12,194 bases of DNA, taken from contig JBHLPW010000100.1 of the NCBI GenBank assembly GCA_048939015.1, positions 1-12,194 on the forward strand, in the 5' to 3' direction. The stretch is from Promethearchaeota archaeon (lineage in GTDB: Archaea; Asgardarchaeota; Lokiarchaeia; Sigyniarchaeales; SOKP01). Numbering within the stretch: the first letter of the stretch is position 1; each line of letters starts with the position of its first letter. A model generated the notes under the pieces. It saw only the letters and a list, made by a program, of their open reading frames with translations, searched no databases and was not told the DNA's origin. Shown in pieces: positions 1 to 7,146 of the stretch. The position numbers and the translations under genes are program-made.

Positions 1-996
1 TGAGGCACTTATGCCTTCTAATGAACTAGATGTTGACTGAATATTAGCTAAGATCTCACCAATCTTATTACTACTATGATCAACAGCATTTTTTGATTCC
101 TCTGCTAATTTCCTTACTTCATCAGCTACAACCGCAAAACCACGTCCATATTCTCCAGCCCTACCAGCTTCTATACTTGCATTTAATGCTAACAAATTTG
201 TTTGTTCAGATATACTTGAGATGATATTCAATATTTGTTTTATGTCCTGAGAATAATTCGAAATTTGAGCACCTTCGTCTGCTACCTTTTTAGTTGAAAC
301 AGATATTTCTTCAGAAGATGCATTAATTTCATTAGTATTAGCAGCTAATTCTGTGGCGATATTAGCAACATTTGTACTAACATCTGATGCGGTGTTTAAG
401 ACTTTTTGTAGAGTCTTATTAATGTTTAATATTCGAGTTTCTACAATTGCTACTAATGCTGTTACTAAAAAGATCATTTCAATAATACAATCAAGAAGGT
501 TCTGAAATTCATGTAAATCATAAGGGTCAAATAACGAAGTAATCAAATATTGGATTATTGTAAAAATCCCAAAACACAAGAAAGCGTGAGTTGGAGTTTT
601 TTTTACTTTATATACTCTAATTAATAAATAAGCAGCAAAAAGCATTATAAAAATCATGAATACTTCTATACCTATTATGGCGGGATTTATTACTATAATC
701 GAGCTCATTAGTGGAATTATTTTATTCTTAGACATCTTCAGTTTATTTTTTAAGAACGTTTGATAATATTCTAAAAATGCACTAGCACAGATTAAAATAC
801 CACCTAAAGATGAAAAAATTGGAGCCCCAATCATGATCTCACTATTGAAGAGTGCTAAAAATGATCCTAATTGAGCAACTGTAAAACAATATTGACCAGG
901 AAGCCATTTCCTCAACTCCTGTCTTTTGATGCTAACATAAGTGAATACCGTAATTCCCATTATTGCTAAAATCAACAAAAATTCTTCTGCAGCCAT
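1..996 (-). CDS. Methyl-accepting chemotaxis (MCP)-domain protein with a polytopic (about 6-7 TM) N-terminal sensor; 3' end runs off the window
   Basis: Not in the ORF track (truncated). My translation from ATG 996 is open to base 1: [23 protein letters not shown]..., several hydrophobic segments, then the MCP hairpin-tip motif [40 protein letters not shown]-like AGAGGTTA ends 6 nt before the ATG. Confidence 0.93.
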   Translation of the reverse strand, partial: MAAEEFLLILAIMGITVFTYVSIKRQELRKWLPGQYCFTVAQLGSFLALFNSEIMIGAPIFSSLGGILICASAFLEYYQTFLKNKLKMSKNKIIPLMSSIIVINPAIIGIEVFMIFIMLFAAYLLIRVYKVKKTPTHAFLCFGIFTIIQYLITSLFDPYDLHEFQNLLDCIIEMIFLVTALVAIVETRILNINKTLQKVLNTASDVSTNVANIATELAANTNEINASSEEISVSTKKVADEGAQISNYSQDIKQILNIISSISEQTNLLALNASIEAGRAGEYGRGFAVVADEVRKLAEESKNAVDHSSNKIGEILANIQSTSSSLEGISAS

Positions 997-1021
997 TGTC
1001 TATAACCTCTTTCTAAATTTT

Positions 1022-1717
1022 TTATTTCTCTTCTGTTCTTTTAGGTTTTATACCCTCAGCCACCCATTCAAACACTAATTCAAAAATATCATCAATATTT
1101 ATTCCTATAGATTCATAAAGAGTATGAAAATTTCTAAGAATATCAATTAACCCCCCTGTTAAAGATGTTAGTGTGAATGTCAAGAAACGAGGATCTAAGT
1201 CATCTCTAATGATTTTTTTATTAATCGCTTCTTTTATTGGTTTAAATACAAGTTGTTGATATCGCTGTATCTCAACATTCATTTCTGTTTCATTTCGGTT
1301 TAAAGGCTTTCTCTCTATTACTTTTTTATACATGTTTAGATAAACAGGTTCTTTTCGGATCTCACTTGCAATCATATATAGTTTTGGATATTTTTTTGAA
1401 AATTCATAAGTAGTATACCCTTTCGATAGAATACATTGGAATTCTGATTTTGATGTCAGGTCAGTAGTTTCGTAAGAATCGTTTAGTCTTCTGGTCGCCC
1501 TTGTTGCTACAGCCAAGTAAAGATCATCTTTCGAATCAAAATAATTATATAAGGTACCTTTACTTAATGATGCCTTAAGAGCAATATCTCCCATAGTAGT
1601 TTCATTGAATCCTTTAGAAATAAAAAAATCCATAGCTGTCGTTATGATTTCACGGCGTCTTTGTTCTTTTTCTCTTTCTTTTCTTTGTTGGATACGTTTT
1701 TTACGTTCGTTATTCAT
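1022..1717 (-). CDS. TetR/AcrR family transcriptional regulator
   Basis: N-terminal HTH RREIITTAMDFFISKGFNETTMGDIALKASLSKGTLYNYFDSKDDLY. Start placed at the second ATG (1717, MNNERKK); the ATG at 1735 is an alternative. Confidence 0.95.
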   Translation of the reverse strand: MNNERKKRIQQRKEREKEQRRREIITTAMDFFISKGFNETTMGDIALKASLSKGTLYNYFDSKDDLYLAVATRATRRLNDSYETTDLTSKSEFQCILSKGYTTYEFSKKYPKLYMIASEIRKEPVYLNMYKKVIERKPLNRNETEMNVEIQRYQQLVFKPIKEAINKKIIRDDLDPRFLTFTLTSLTGGLIDILRNFHTLYESIGINIDDIFELVFEWVAEGIKPKRTEEK

Positions 1718-1746
1718 CTTAATAAAATTGAACATGGGTAATTTTC

Positions 1747-1820
1747 TGACCGAGGGTCATTAAATATAATAGTGACATTTTTAATATTTAAACTTTTGGT
1801 CATTAATTGACCGCCAGTCA
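1747..1820. promoter_or_regulatory. tetR promoter with two palindromic TetR-type operators flanking a BRE/TATA box
   Basis: TGACC-GAG-GGTCA (1747-1759) and TGAC-CGCCA-GTCA (1808-1820), plus an extra half-site GGTCA (1798-1802). Between them the minus strand reads CAAAAG-TTTAAATA (TATA 1785-1792), oriented toward tetR. Confidence 0.75.
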
Positions 1821-1973
1821 GAAAGTAAAAAATAAATCTAGAACCTTTTTTTTGTAGATAGTGGCAAATGATGAGTGCTAGCATGAAGGTCATCTTTAAA
1901 AAGAAGATTATTAAAAATTGGAAATTTATCAAAAAGCTGTTTAGTTAGAATAAAAAAAAGAATTTGAGAAGAT

Positions 1974-2471
1974 TTAATATACCATGGCAGAAAGAATACA
2001 TTCTTTAATATAACTGCTGCTAGTAGCATGAGCCCATGTAACAACTTTTACTACATGAGTATCTGCTGTATTAGATTGGATGTCGGCTTTCATTATACAA
2101 GAACTATGAAAGAAAAGAGTTGACCCGTCTCCTATTACGGTCATTTCTGTATATGGCGATGGAGGCGAACCATTAATCTCAAAATAAAAGTCAATAGTAA
2201 GTGATCCACCACTACAATCTATATGTATTTCACAACTAAATTCAAGTAAAACAGAATCACCCGCATTGACGTTATACGTGACATTTAGATTAGGTATAAC
2301 TTCAATAACGTCTAAATTTAAATCAACTACATTATAATTTGTTGCGACGTAGATTCTCGGTTTTTCTGTGGGTGATTGTGCAGGAAGAATAAATTGATAT
2401 ATTCCCAAACCCAATGCTCCCATTGCCAATAATAGAGCAAATATTCCGAGCCCCTTACCAGAGCTTCCCAT
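1974..2471 (-). CDS. Hypothetical protein with an N-terminal membrane anchor/signal helix and a beta-rich extracellular domain
   Basis: 165 aa ORF. MGSSGKGLGIFALLLAMGALGLGIYQFILP hydrophobic helix, then a Pro/Ser/Thr linker and alternating beta-strand patterns. Confidence 0.8.
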   Translation of the reverse strand: MGSSGKGLGIFALLLAMGALGLGIYQFILPAQSPTEKPRIYVATNYNVVDLNLDVIEVIPNLNVTYNVNAGDSVLLEFSCEIHIDCSGGSLTIDFYFEINGSPPSPYTEMTVIGDGSTLFFHSSCIMKADIQSNTADTHVVKVVTWAHATSSSYIKECILSAMVY

Positions 2472-2644
2472 AATTAATCAACATTTTTATTTTCATTGAA
2501 ATTTTTATAAGTTATGATTTTAATTAGATTTCAGTTGTTAGAAACTAAATGAATTTTTATGAATTTAAATTTAAGTAGATATTCTGGGCAAAAAACTAAT
2601 AATAAGAGAATAAAATTACTAATGAAAAGTATATACATGAGAAG

Positions 2645-2761
2645 TGGGAAAGGGGGGCTTCGAACCCCCGACCTCACGGTTATCAGCCGTGCGCTATACC
2701 AGGCTAAGCCATTGAAGAGAAGCTTCGAATTAAAGAATCCACTCTCCCAAGGTGCTTTCCC
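2645..2761 (-). tRNA. tRNA-Ile(GAU) interrupted between positions 7 and 8 (5' end at 2748 with a 30-nt insert, or at 2761 with a 43-nt insert); CCA not encoded
   Basis: The minus strand from 2711 to 2645 folds as positions 8-73: TG, D-arm GCTT-AGCCTGGTA-TAGC, G26, anticodon arm CACGG-CTGATAA-CCGTG (GAT at 2684-2682), AGGTC, T-arm GGGGG-TTCGAAG-CCCCC, acceptor 3' strand CTTTCCC, discriminator A. Complementary 5' strands occur only upstream: GGGAGAG (2748-2742) and GGGAAAG (2761-2755). Confidence 0.92.
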
Positions 2762-3088
2762 ATTCAAATATTAGTACTAAATTCTATAATACTCTAAAAT
2801 ATAAAAATTAAATTAGTATTTATCATAGTACGATTTGATTGAATAATTTAAATAAAATATAGCTAAAAAATTTTTTGACAATTTAAAAGATAAAAATCAG
2901 ACTTTTACAGAATGCCCCACTACCAATTGTGTAATCAATTTAAATCCCTATACGTTATAATAGTAAAAATTTCTGTATTTGTAAGAACAGATTCATTATT
3001 TAAATCTATGGAGAAGCAATAAAACCTTATAATATTCTAAAAATTTCAAAAATAAAAATAGAAAAATAATTGATTTTTTGAAGATCAA

Positions 3089-3817
3089 TTAAGGTAGAGT
3101 TACCTTTCCACTATTTTCGTCAAGATTAAGAATTCCCTTAACAGCTAGTTGTTTAATTGTTCTAACTGCCATTATTGGTGGAACATCAAGAAGTTTCTTT
3201 AGGTCATCTAACTTTGCTTCTCCCTTGTCCATGATAGTTGCAATTATATCAACTTCATGGATCTCTTCATCAGAATTTTCAATCAGAAAGGAAGTAAAGA
3301 AATTCTGCTGTCTCATTTGATTAATTTTAGATTCAAGTTCATCCATTTTTTTCTGATAAGTGTTTGTTAATTCTACTTCTCGGTTTTCGTTTTCAACTGT
3401 TTTCTGATCTAATGTAGTTTTTTCTTCTTCTTTAACAGTGATTTTTTCATTTACAGCACTAAGCTTATCCTCAAGTTGTGTGAGTTCGAATGCAGGTTTT
3501 TTCAAATCATTGATGCTGGTTTCCAAAGTATTTGTTAGCTCAGATATTTTTGCTGCTAACTCATCTTTTTTTGTTTTTAGTCCCTCAATCGTACGGTCTA
3601 GTTCTTCTGATTTTGTTCTTAATTCTGTTAACTCTGAATTTTGAGCAGTTAATTTTTCTTTTATACTTTCTTCTTCTTTTTGCTCAACTTGCATAAATCT
3701 CCATGCTTCTCTTAATTGTGAAAGTACTTCTTCATTGTGTTTCTGGAGGACTTGCCAATAAGTATCATAAGCGGTCTCAAATTGCTCGATTAATGCCAAA
3801 ATATCTTGTGAACTCAT
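3089..3817 (-). CDS. Coiled-coil protein with C-terminal winged-helix domain (hypothetical)
   Basis: 242 aa with a long heptad-rich region. The C-terminus IIATIMDKGEAKLDDLKKLLDVPPIMAVRTIKQLAVKGILNLDENSGKVTLP has HTH + beta-wing character. The start overlaps the upstream stop (TGATG), with a GGAGGT SD inside the upstream gene. Confidence 0.85.
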   Translation of the reverse strand: MSSQDILALIEQFETAYDTYWQVLQKHNEEVLSQLREAWRFMQVEQKEEESIKEKLTAQNSELTELRTKSEELDRTIEGLKTKKDELAAKISELTNTLETSINDLKKPAFELTQLEDKLSAVNEKITVKEEEKTTLDQKTVENENREVELTNTYQKKMDELESKINQMRQQNFFTSFLIENSDEEIHEVDIIATIMDKGEAKLDDLKKLLDVPPIMAVRTIKQLAVKGILNLDENSGKVTLP

Positions 3818-4563
3818 CAGAAATCAACCTCCCCTTTTAAAGTTACTGTTCCACTTCCTTGATCATACTCGATGGGACCATTTTTTTGAACCATTTTTGT
3901 TAGTATACTCTTTGCTACATCTTCTCTTAAACCCATTGCTTGAACAATAGCTTTTAGATCGAGAGTTGTATTTGGTTGTAAAGCTTGTATAAGTTTTAAT
4001 TGAGCAGATTGAATATAACCCGCCTTGATTAAAGATTTCATTGCAGCTGCTCGCATAGCATATGAATTACTAAATTTCTCCTTTTTATCATATTCAGCTT
4101 GAAGTTGTGTTTCAAGTTCTTTCATTTTGTTATCGAATTTCTCTTGTAGATCTTTTAGTTCTACTATTCTGTTTTCTAATTCATCTAACCGAGCGCTACG
4201 AGTTGCTAATTCTTCTCTTCGTGCGGAAATTTTTGTTTGAGTTTCATTAAGTTCATTCTGCGCTTCTTGGATCTTATCAAGAAGACCTTGTCTTTGAGTA
4301 TTAAGTTCAGCATTATGTTCTTCTAATGAGGAAATATCCCGTTGATTCTGAGATATCTTATTCTTTAATGAGTTGATCTCATCATCGTTAGATTCAATAG
4401 TTTTTAAATCATTGGTTTTAGATTCTTCAAGTATTCCAATTTGTTCAAGTAAGGTGTTTGGTTGAGTTTGTAATTTAGGAATCGAATCTGAATTCAAACC
4501 ATTAAGTTCTTCAATAATAGAAAGTATCTTTTTGAGGGAGCTTTTTGTATCAGTTATGCTCAT
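3817..4563 (-). CDS. Coiled-coil protein with C-terminal winged-helix domain (hypothetical; probable paralogue of the downstream gene)
   Basis: 248 aa with a long heptad-rich region. C-terminus LIQALQPNTTLDLKAIVQAMGLREDVAKSILTKMVQKNGPIEYDQGSGTVTL. AAGTGA ends 7 nt before the ATG. Confidence 0.85.
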   Translation of the reverse strand: MSITDTKSSLKKILSIIEELNGLNSDSIPKLQTQPNTLLEQIGILEESKTNDLKTIESNDDEINSLKNKISQNQRDISSLEEHNAELNTQRQGLLDKIQEAQNELNETQTKISARREELATRSARLDELENRIVELKDLQEKFDNKMKELETQLQAEYDKKEKFSNSYAMRAAAMKSLIKAGYIQSAQLKLIQALQPNTTLDLKAIVQAMGLREDVAKSILTKMVQKNGPIEYDQGSGTVTLKGEVDF

Positions 4564-4653
4564 AGAAATTTCACTTTTTTTATATTCAAAATTTTGTAAA
4601 AATAATAGTGTAATTATTATTAAATTTTAATTTTTAGAAAGGTAAGAAAAAGA

Positions 4654-5490
4654 TCAAATTTCTTTAGATAAATCTTTTATTAACTTTTCTTTACTCACTA
4701 CACCATACGGGAGATTTCTTCTTTCTATAACAATATTTAAATTCTCTATTATTCTTTCTGCGAGATAATTAAATTCAAAGGGAAAGTTTGAGTTAATTCG
4801 GTAATATTTTCGCAGGAAAATATTTATTAAATCAACCTTATGCTTTGGTTCTTCCATTTCAAAAATCCCTGGATCCGTATCAAGAAGGGAAGTACAGATC
4901 CAAGCCAAATCATCGTAAAAATATCCTTCATATGCATCCTCAAAATCAACAGCATAGAGATTATCTAGCTTTGAATCATAAATGAAATCCCTAAGCCTTG
5001 TATCTCCTTTACAAAGAACATATTTCCTTTTTTTTTCATGCACTTTTCTAACAAAATTTTTTTCATGAAATTGGGCGAGAAATTCGGCAAGTCTTTCTAT
5101 ACTTTTTACAATTTGACTTCTAGTTTCTGAATCCAAATCATCTAATTGTTCGGTTCCTTTTAATCTTTCATTAATGAAATCACATAAGTTTGTACCATCA
5201 ATCTTTTCGAGGATTAAATAAGGAGTATGAAAAAATAAAATACTTGGAACATGTAATTTTTGATTTTTTAATCTATTAAGGATGTTAATCTCATTAGCGA
5301 TATTTTCAGTTTTAAAAATTTTAACAACGACTTCCTGTGGTAATTTAGAAGGTTTCCTATCAAATTTTAATTGAATAACAGAATTTTTTTTGCTAGGAAG
5401 TTCAGAAATTTGAATTTTATCATTTGTAATCTCAGGAATTTGTTTATGTAATTCTTGGACCATTTTATTTTTTATCTTTTGAATATCCAT
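4654..5490 (-). CDS. Protein-kinase-like superfamily phosphotransferase (APH/choline-kinase-like)
   Basis: Motifs SKKNSV, VVVKIF, NEINIL (alphaC Glu), LILEKIDG hinge, LAQFH, catalytic loop KGDTRLRDF, metal-binding AVDFEDA and DDLAW. Confidence 0.85.
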   Translation of the reverse strand: MDIQKIKNKMVQELHKQIPEITNDKIQISELPSKKNSVIQLKFDRKPSKLPQEVVVKIFKTENIANEINILNRLKNQKLHVPSILFFHTPYLILEKIDGTNLCDFINERLKGTEQLDDLDSETRSQIVKSIERLAEFLAQFHEKNFVRKVHEKKRKYVLCKGDTRLRDFIYDSKLDNLYAVDFEDAYEGYFYDDLAWICTSLLDTDPGIFEMEEPKHKVDLINIFLRKYYRINSNFPFEFNYLAERIIENLNIVIERRNLPYGVVSKEKLIKDLSKEI

Positions 5491-5595
5491 TTTTTAGGAA
5501 CATGGTTATAATTTGAACTCTTATAAAGCACATAATTATGGCTATATTTATAACTATTTATAAATACGTAAATAATGAATATTAATAAAAAGGTT

Positions 5596-6273
5596 TTAAC
5601 TTTCTAATTTTCTTATTTTTTTTACCAAATCATTGAGATATAAATTTCCCATCCCCAGTTTGACGATTTGAGAGAAAAATAACACTAAAGCAAATCTTAA
5701 GCTGTTAATTTCGATATAACTAGAACAAATTTTCTGATCATTTTCCAATTCTAGATACATTTTCTTTAAACGTCTTAATTTCTTCTCGCTCCTCACTTCG
5801 AATTCTTTTATTATTGAGAATAGTGTGTTGCTAGGAAGTGACGAGTAAATTACGTGTCCGTCTTCAGTAAACATCCCGCTTCCTAATATCTCTTTATCGT
5901 CTACGTAGCTTCGTAATAAACTGATAATATCTTGGAATAATTGTTGTGAGGTTAGTATAGATTTAGAATCCTCTGCTTCTGCTGAATCTTCATCACTTCT
6001 CTCGAAAAACTCCATATGAGAAAATTCAAAATCGACTTTTTGATAACCACGTACTTTAAAATTTTTATCAACAAACGATTGAAAACCATGTTCGCATACA
6101 GCTCCTGAAGGAATAGAAACAGTTGTGAGTTGTTTTGCTTGATTAATAATTTTTGAGGGGATTTTTAATTCCTTTTTAGTCCCACAAGTAGGACAGACAA
6201 CAATTATATTCTTTTCTTCTTCTTCTAATTTTACTTCTTCACTATCAATCATATGATTTGATATTATTTCCAT
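5596..6273 (-). CDS. Zinc-ribbon (CxxC...CxH) protein with a C-terminal roadblock/profilin-like domain (hypothetical)
   Basis: CPTC...CEHGFQSFVDKNFKVRGYQKVD, an acidic linker, then helix-ILGSGMFTEDGHVIYSSL-helix-beta3-helix. The fold is inferred from this pattern only. Confidence 0.8.
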   Translation of the reverse strand: MEIISNHMIDSEEVKLEEEEKNIIVVCPTCGTKKELKIPSKIINQAKQLTTVSIPSGAVCEHGFQSFVDKNFKVRGYQKVDFEFSHMEFFERSDEDSAEAEDSKSILTSQQLFQDIISLLRSYVDDKEILGSGMFTEDGHVIYSSLPSNTLFSIIKEFEVRSEKKLRRLKKMYLELENDQKICSSYIEINSLRFALVLFFSQIVKLGMGNLYLNDLVKKIRKLES

Positions 6274-6276
6274 TAT

Positions 6277-6343
6277 TGAAAATCTATAATTATATGATAT
6301 TTATTTTGTTTTTAATAAGTTTTCTTCAAAAATCAAAAGAATT
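6277..6343 (-). promoter_or_regulatory. Duplicated promoter copy 1 (upstream of 5596..6273)
   Basis: Core aligns without gaps to 7060-7127 (TGAAAATCT-N5-TATATGATAT...TTTT(A/T)ATAA(G/A)TTT). Minus-strand TATA-like CTTATTAA at 6312-6319. Confidence 0.6.
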
Positions 6344-6406
6344 CATGTTATGGAAAATTAAATTTATTTTGCTCTTATCAATATTAAATCAAGAGTATAT
6401 ATTAAT

Positions 6407-7036
6407 TCAAATGCCAAGTTTTCTCAATTCTTTTATATAGTCGTTTACAAAATAGTTCGCCTTACCAACTCTGACCTCGTCAGAAAAAAATAGGACAGAC
6501 ACGAATTTCATACCTTCTATTTCGTGATAAATCAAATGAATTTTTTGTTTATTTTCTAATTCTAAGTATAATTTCTTTAATCTGGTTAATTTTTTCTTAC
6601 TTCTCACTTCAAGTTCTTTTATTATTAAAAACATTGTGTTATCGTAGATTGAAGAGAAAAGTATATGTCCCTCCAGAGTAAATATACCACTTCCTAAGAT
6701 TTCTTTACCATCTACGTAACTTCTTAAAATGGTAATTAATTCTTGGAACAACGGTCTTGAACTAAAAATTGCTATTGGGTCATATTCTGCATACTCCACT
6801 TGAGTGATTTCATAATCTACTTTTTGGTATCCACGTACCTTATAATTTTTGTCTACAAAAGATTGAAAGCTGTGTTCGCAACATAATTTTGAAGGTATTG
6901 AGATTGTAGTTAGTTGTTTACTGTGTTTAATTACTTCTACAGGAATTTGCAACTTTTTACTAGTAGAACATACCGGACATACTACTAGAATTTCTTGATA
7001 CGGTCCCATTACTGATAATTCATTCATTTCATTCAT
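6407..7036 (-). CDS. Zinc-ribbon + roadblock/profilin-like protein, tandem paralogue of 5596..6273
   Basis: CPVC...CEHSFQSFVDKNYKVRGYQKVD, LRSYVDGKEILGSGIFTLEGH and EVRSKKKLTRLKKLYLELEN align block by block with the neighbouring gene. Confidence 0.8.
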   Translation of the reverse strand: MNEMNELSVMGPYQEILVVCPVCSTSKKLQIPVEVIKHSKQLTTISIPSKLCCEHSFQSFVDKNYKVRGYQKVDYEITQVEYAEYDPIAIFSSRPLFQELITILRSYVDGKEILGSGIFTLEGHILFSSIYDNTMFLIIKELEVRSKKKLTRLKKLYLELENKQKIHLIYHEIEGMKFVSVLFFSDEVRVGKANYFVNDYIKELRKLGI

Positions 7037-7059
7037 AGGATTTACGTGTCTTAATTCGA

Positions 7060-7127
7060 TGAAAATCTGTATGTATATGATATGATCTAAGCTTTTTATA
7101 AATTTATCTCCAAATAAAAAATGAATT
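7060..7127 (-). promoter_or_regulatory. Duplicated promoter copy 2 (upstream of 6407..7036)
   Basis: Homologous to 6277-6343. TATA TTTATAAA at 7095-7102, at the same 35-nt offset from the start of the conserved block. Confidence 0.6.
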
Positions 7128-7146
7128 AATTATAAAAAAGTGGGGA

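Noticed and set aside
1868-1900. ATGATGA (box C-like) with a weak hairpin; possible C/D box sRNA
   Set aside because: No CTGA box D at a suitable distance and no convincing C'/D' pair.
1714-2044. ORFs 1714..1932 and 1838..2044
   Set aside because: Short, low-complexity, and overlapping the tetR promoter/operators or the neighbouring gene.
2645-2761. Idea that this tRNA-Ile acts as initiator for the AUH starts
   Set aside because: It lacks initiator hallmarks: G1-C72 rather than A1-U72, and only two consecutive G-C pairs at the base of the anticodon stem. A GAU anticodon would also not read ATA well.
2531-2774. ORFs 2531..2767 (-) and 2559..2774 (+)
   Set aside because: Both overlap the tRNA-Ile gene and have no protein-like motifs; shadow ORFs.
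2780-3085. Small ORFs or repeats in the AT-rich spacer upstream of the tRNA
   Set aside because: Only very short frames (under about 25 codons) found on the minus strand; no periodic repeats or CRISPR-like structure.
2520-3088. tRNA as an integration site for a mobile element
   Set aside because: No integrase, no duplicated tRNA 3' end and no compositional shift seen in the window.
3089-4563. SMC/Rad50 annotation for the coiled-coil genes
   Set aside because: No Walker A/B, ABC signature, hinge or zinc-hook motifs, and the proteins are far too short.
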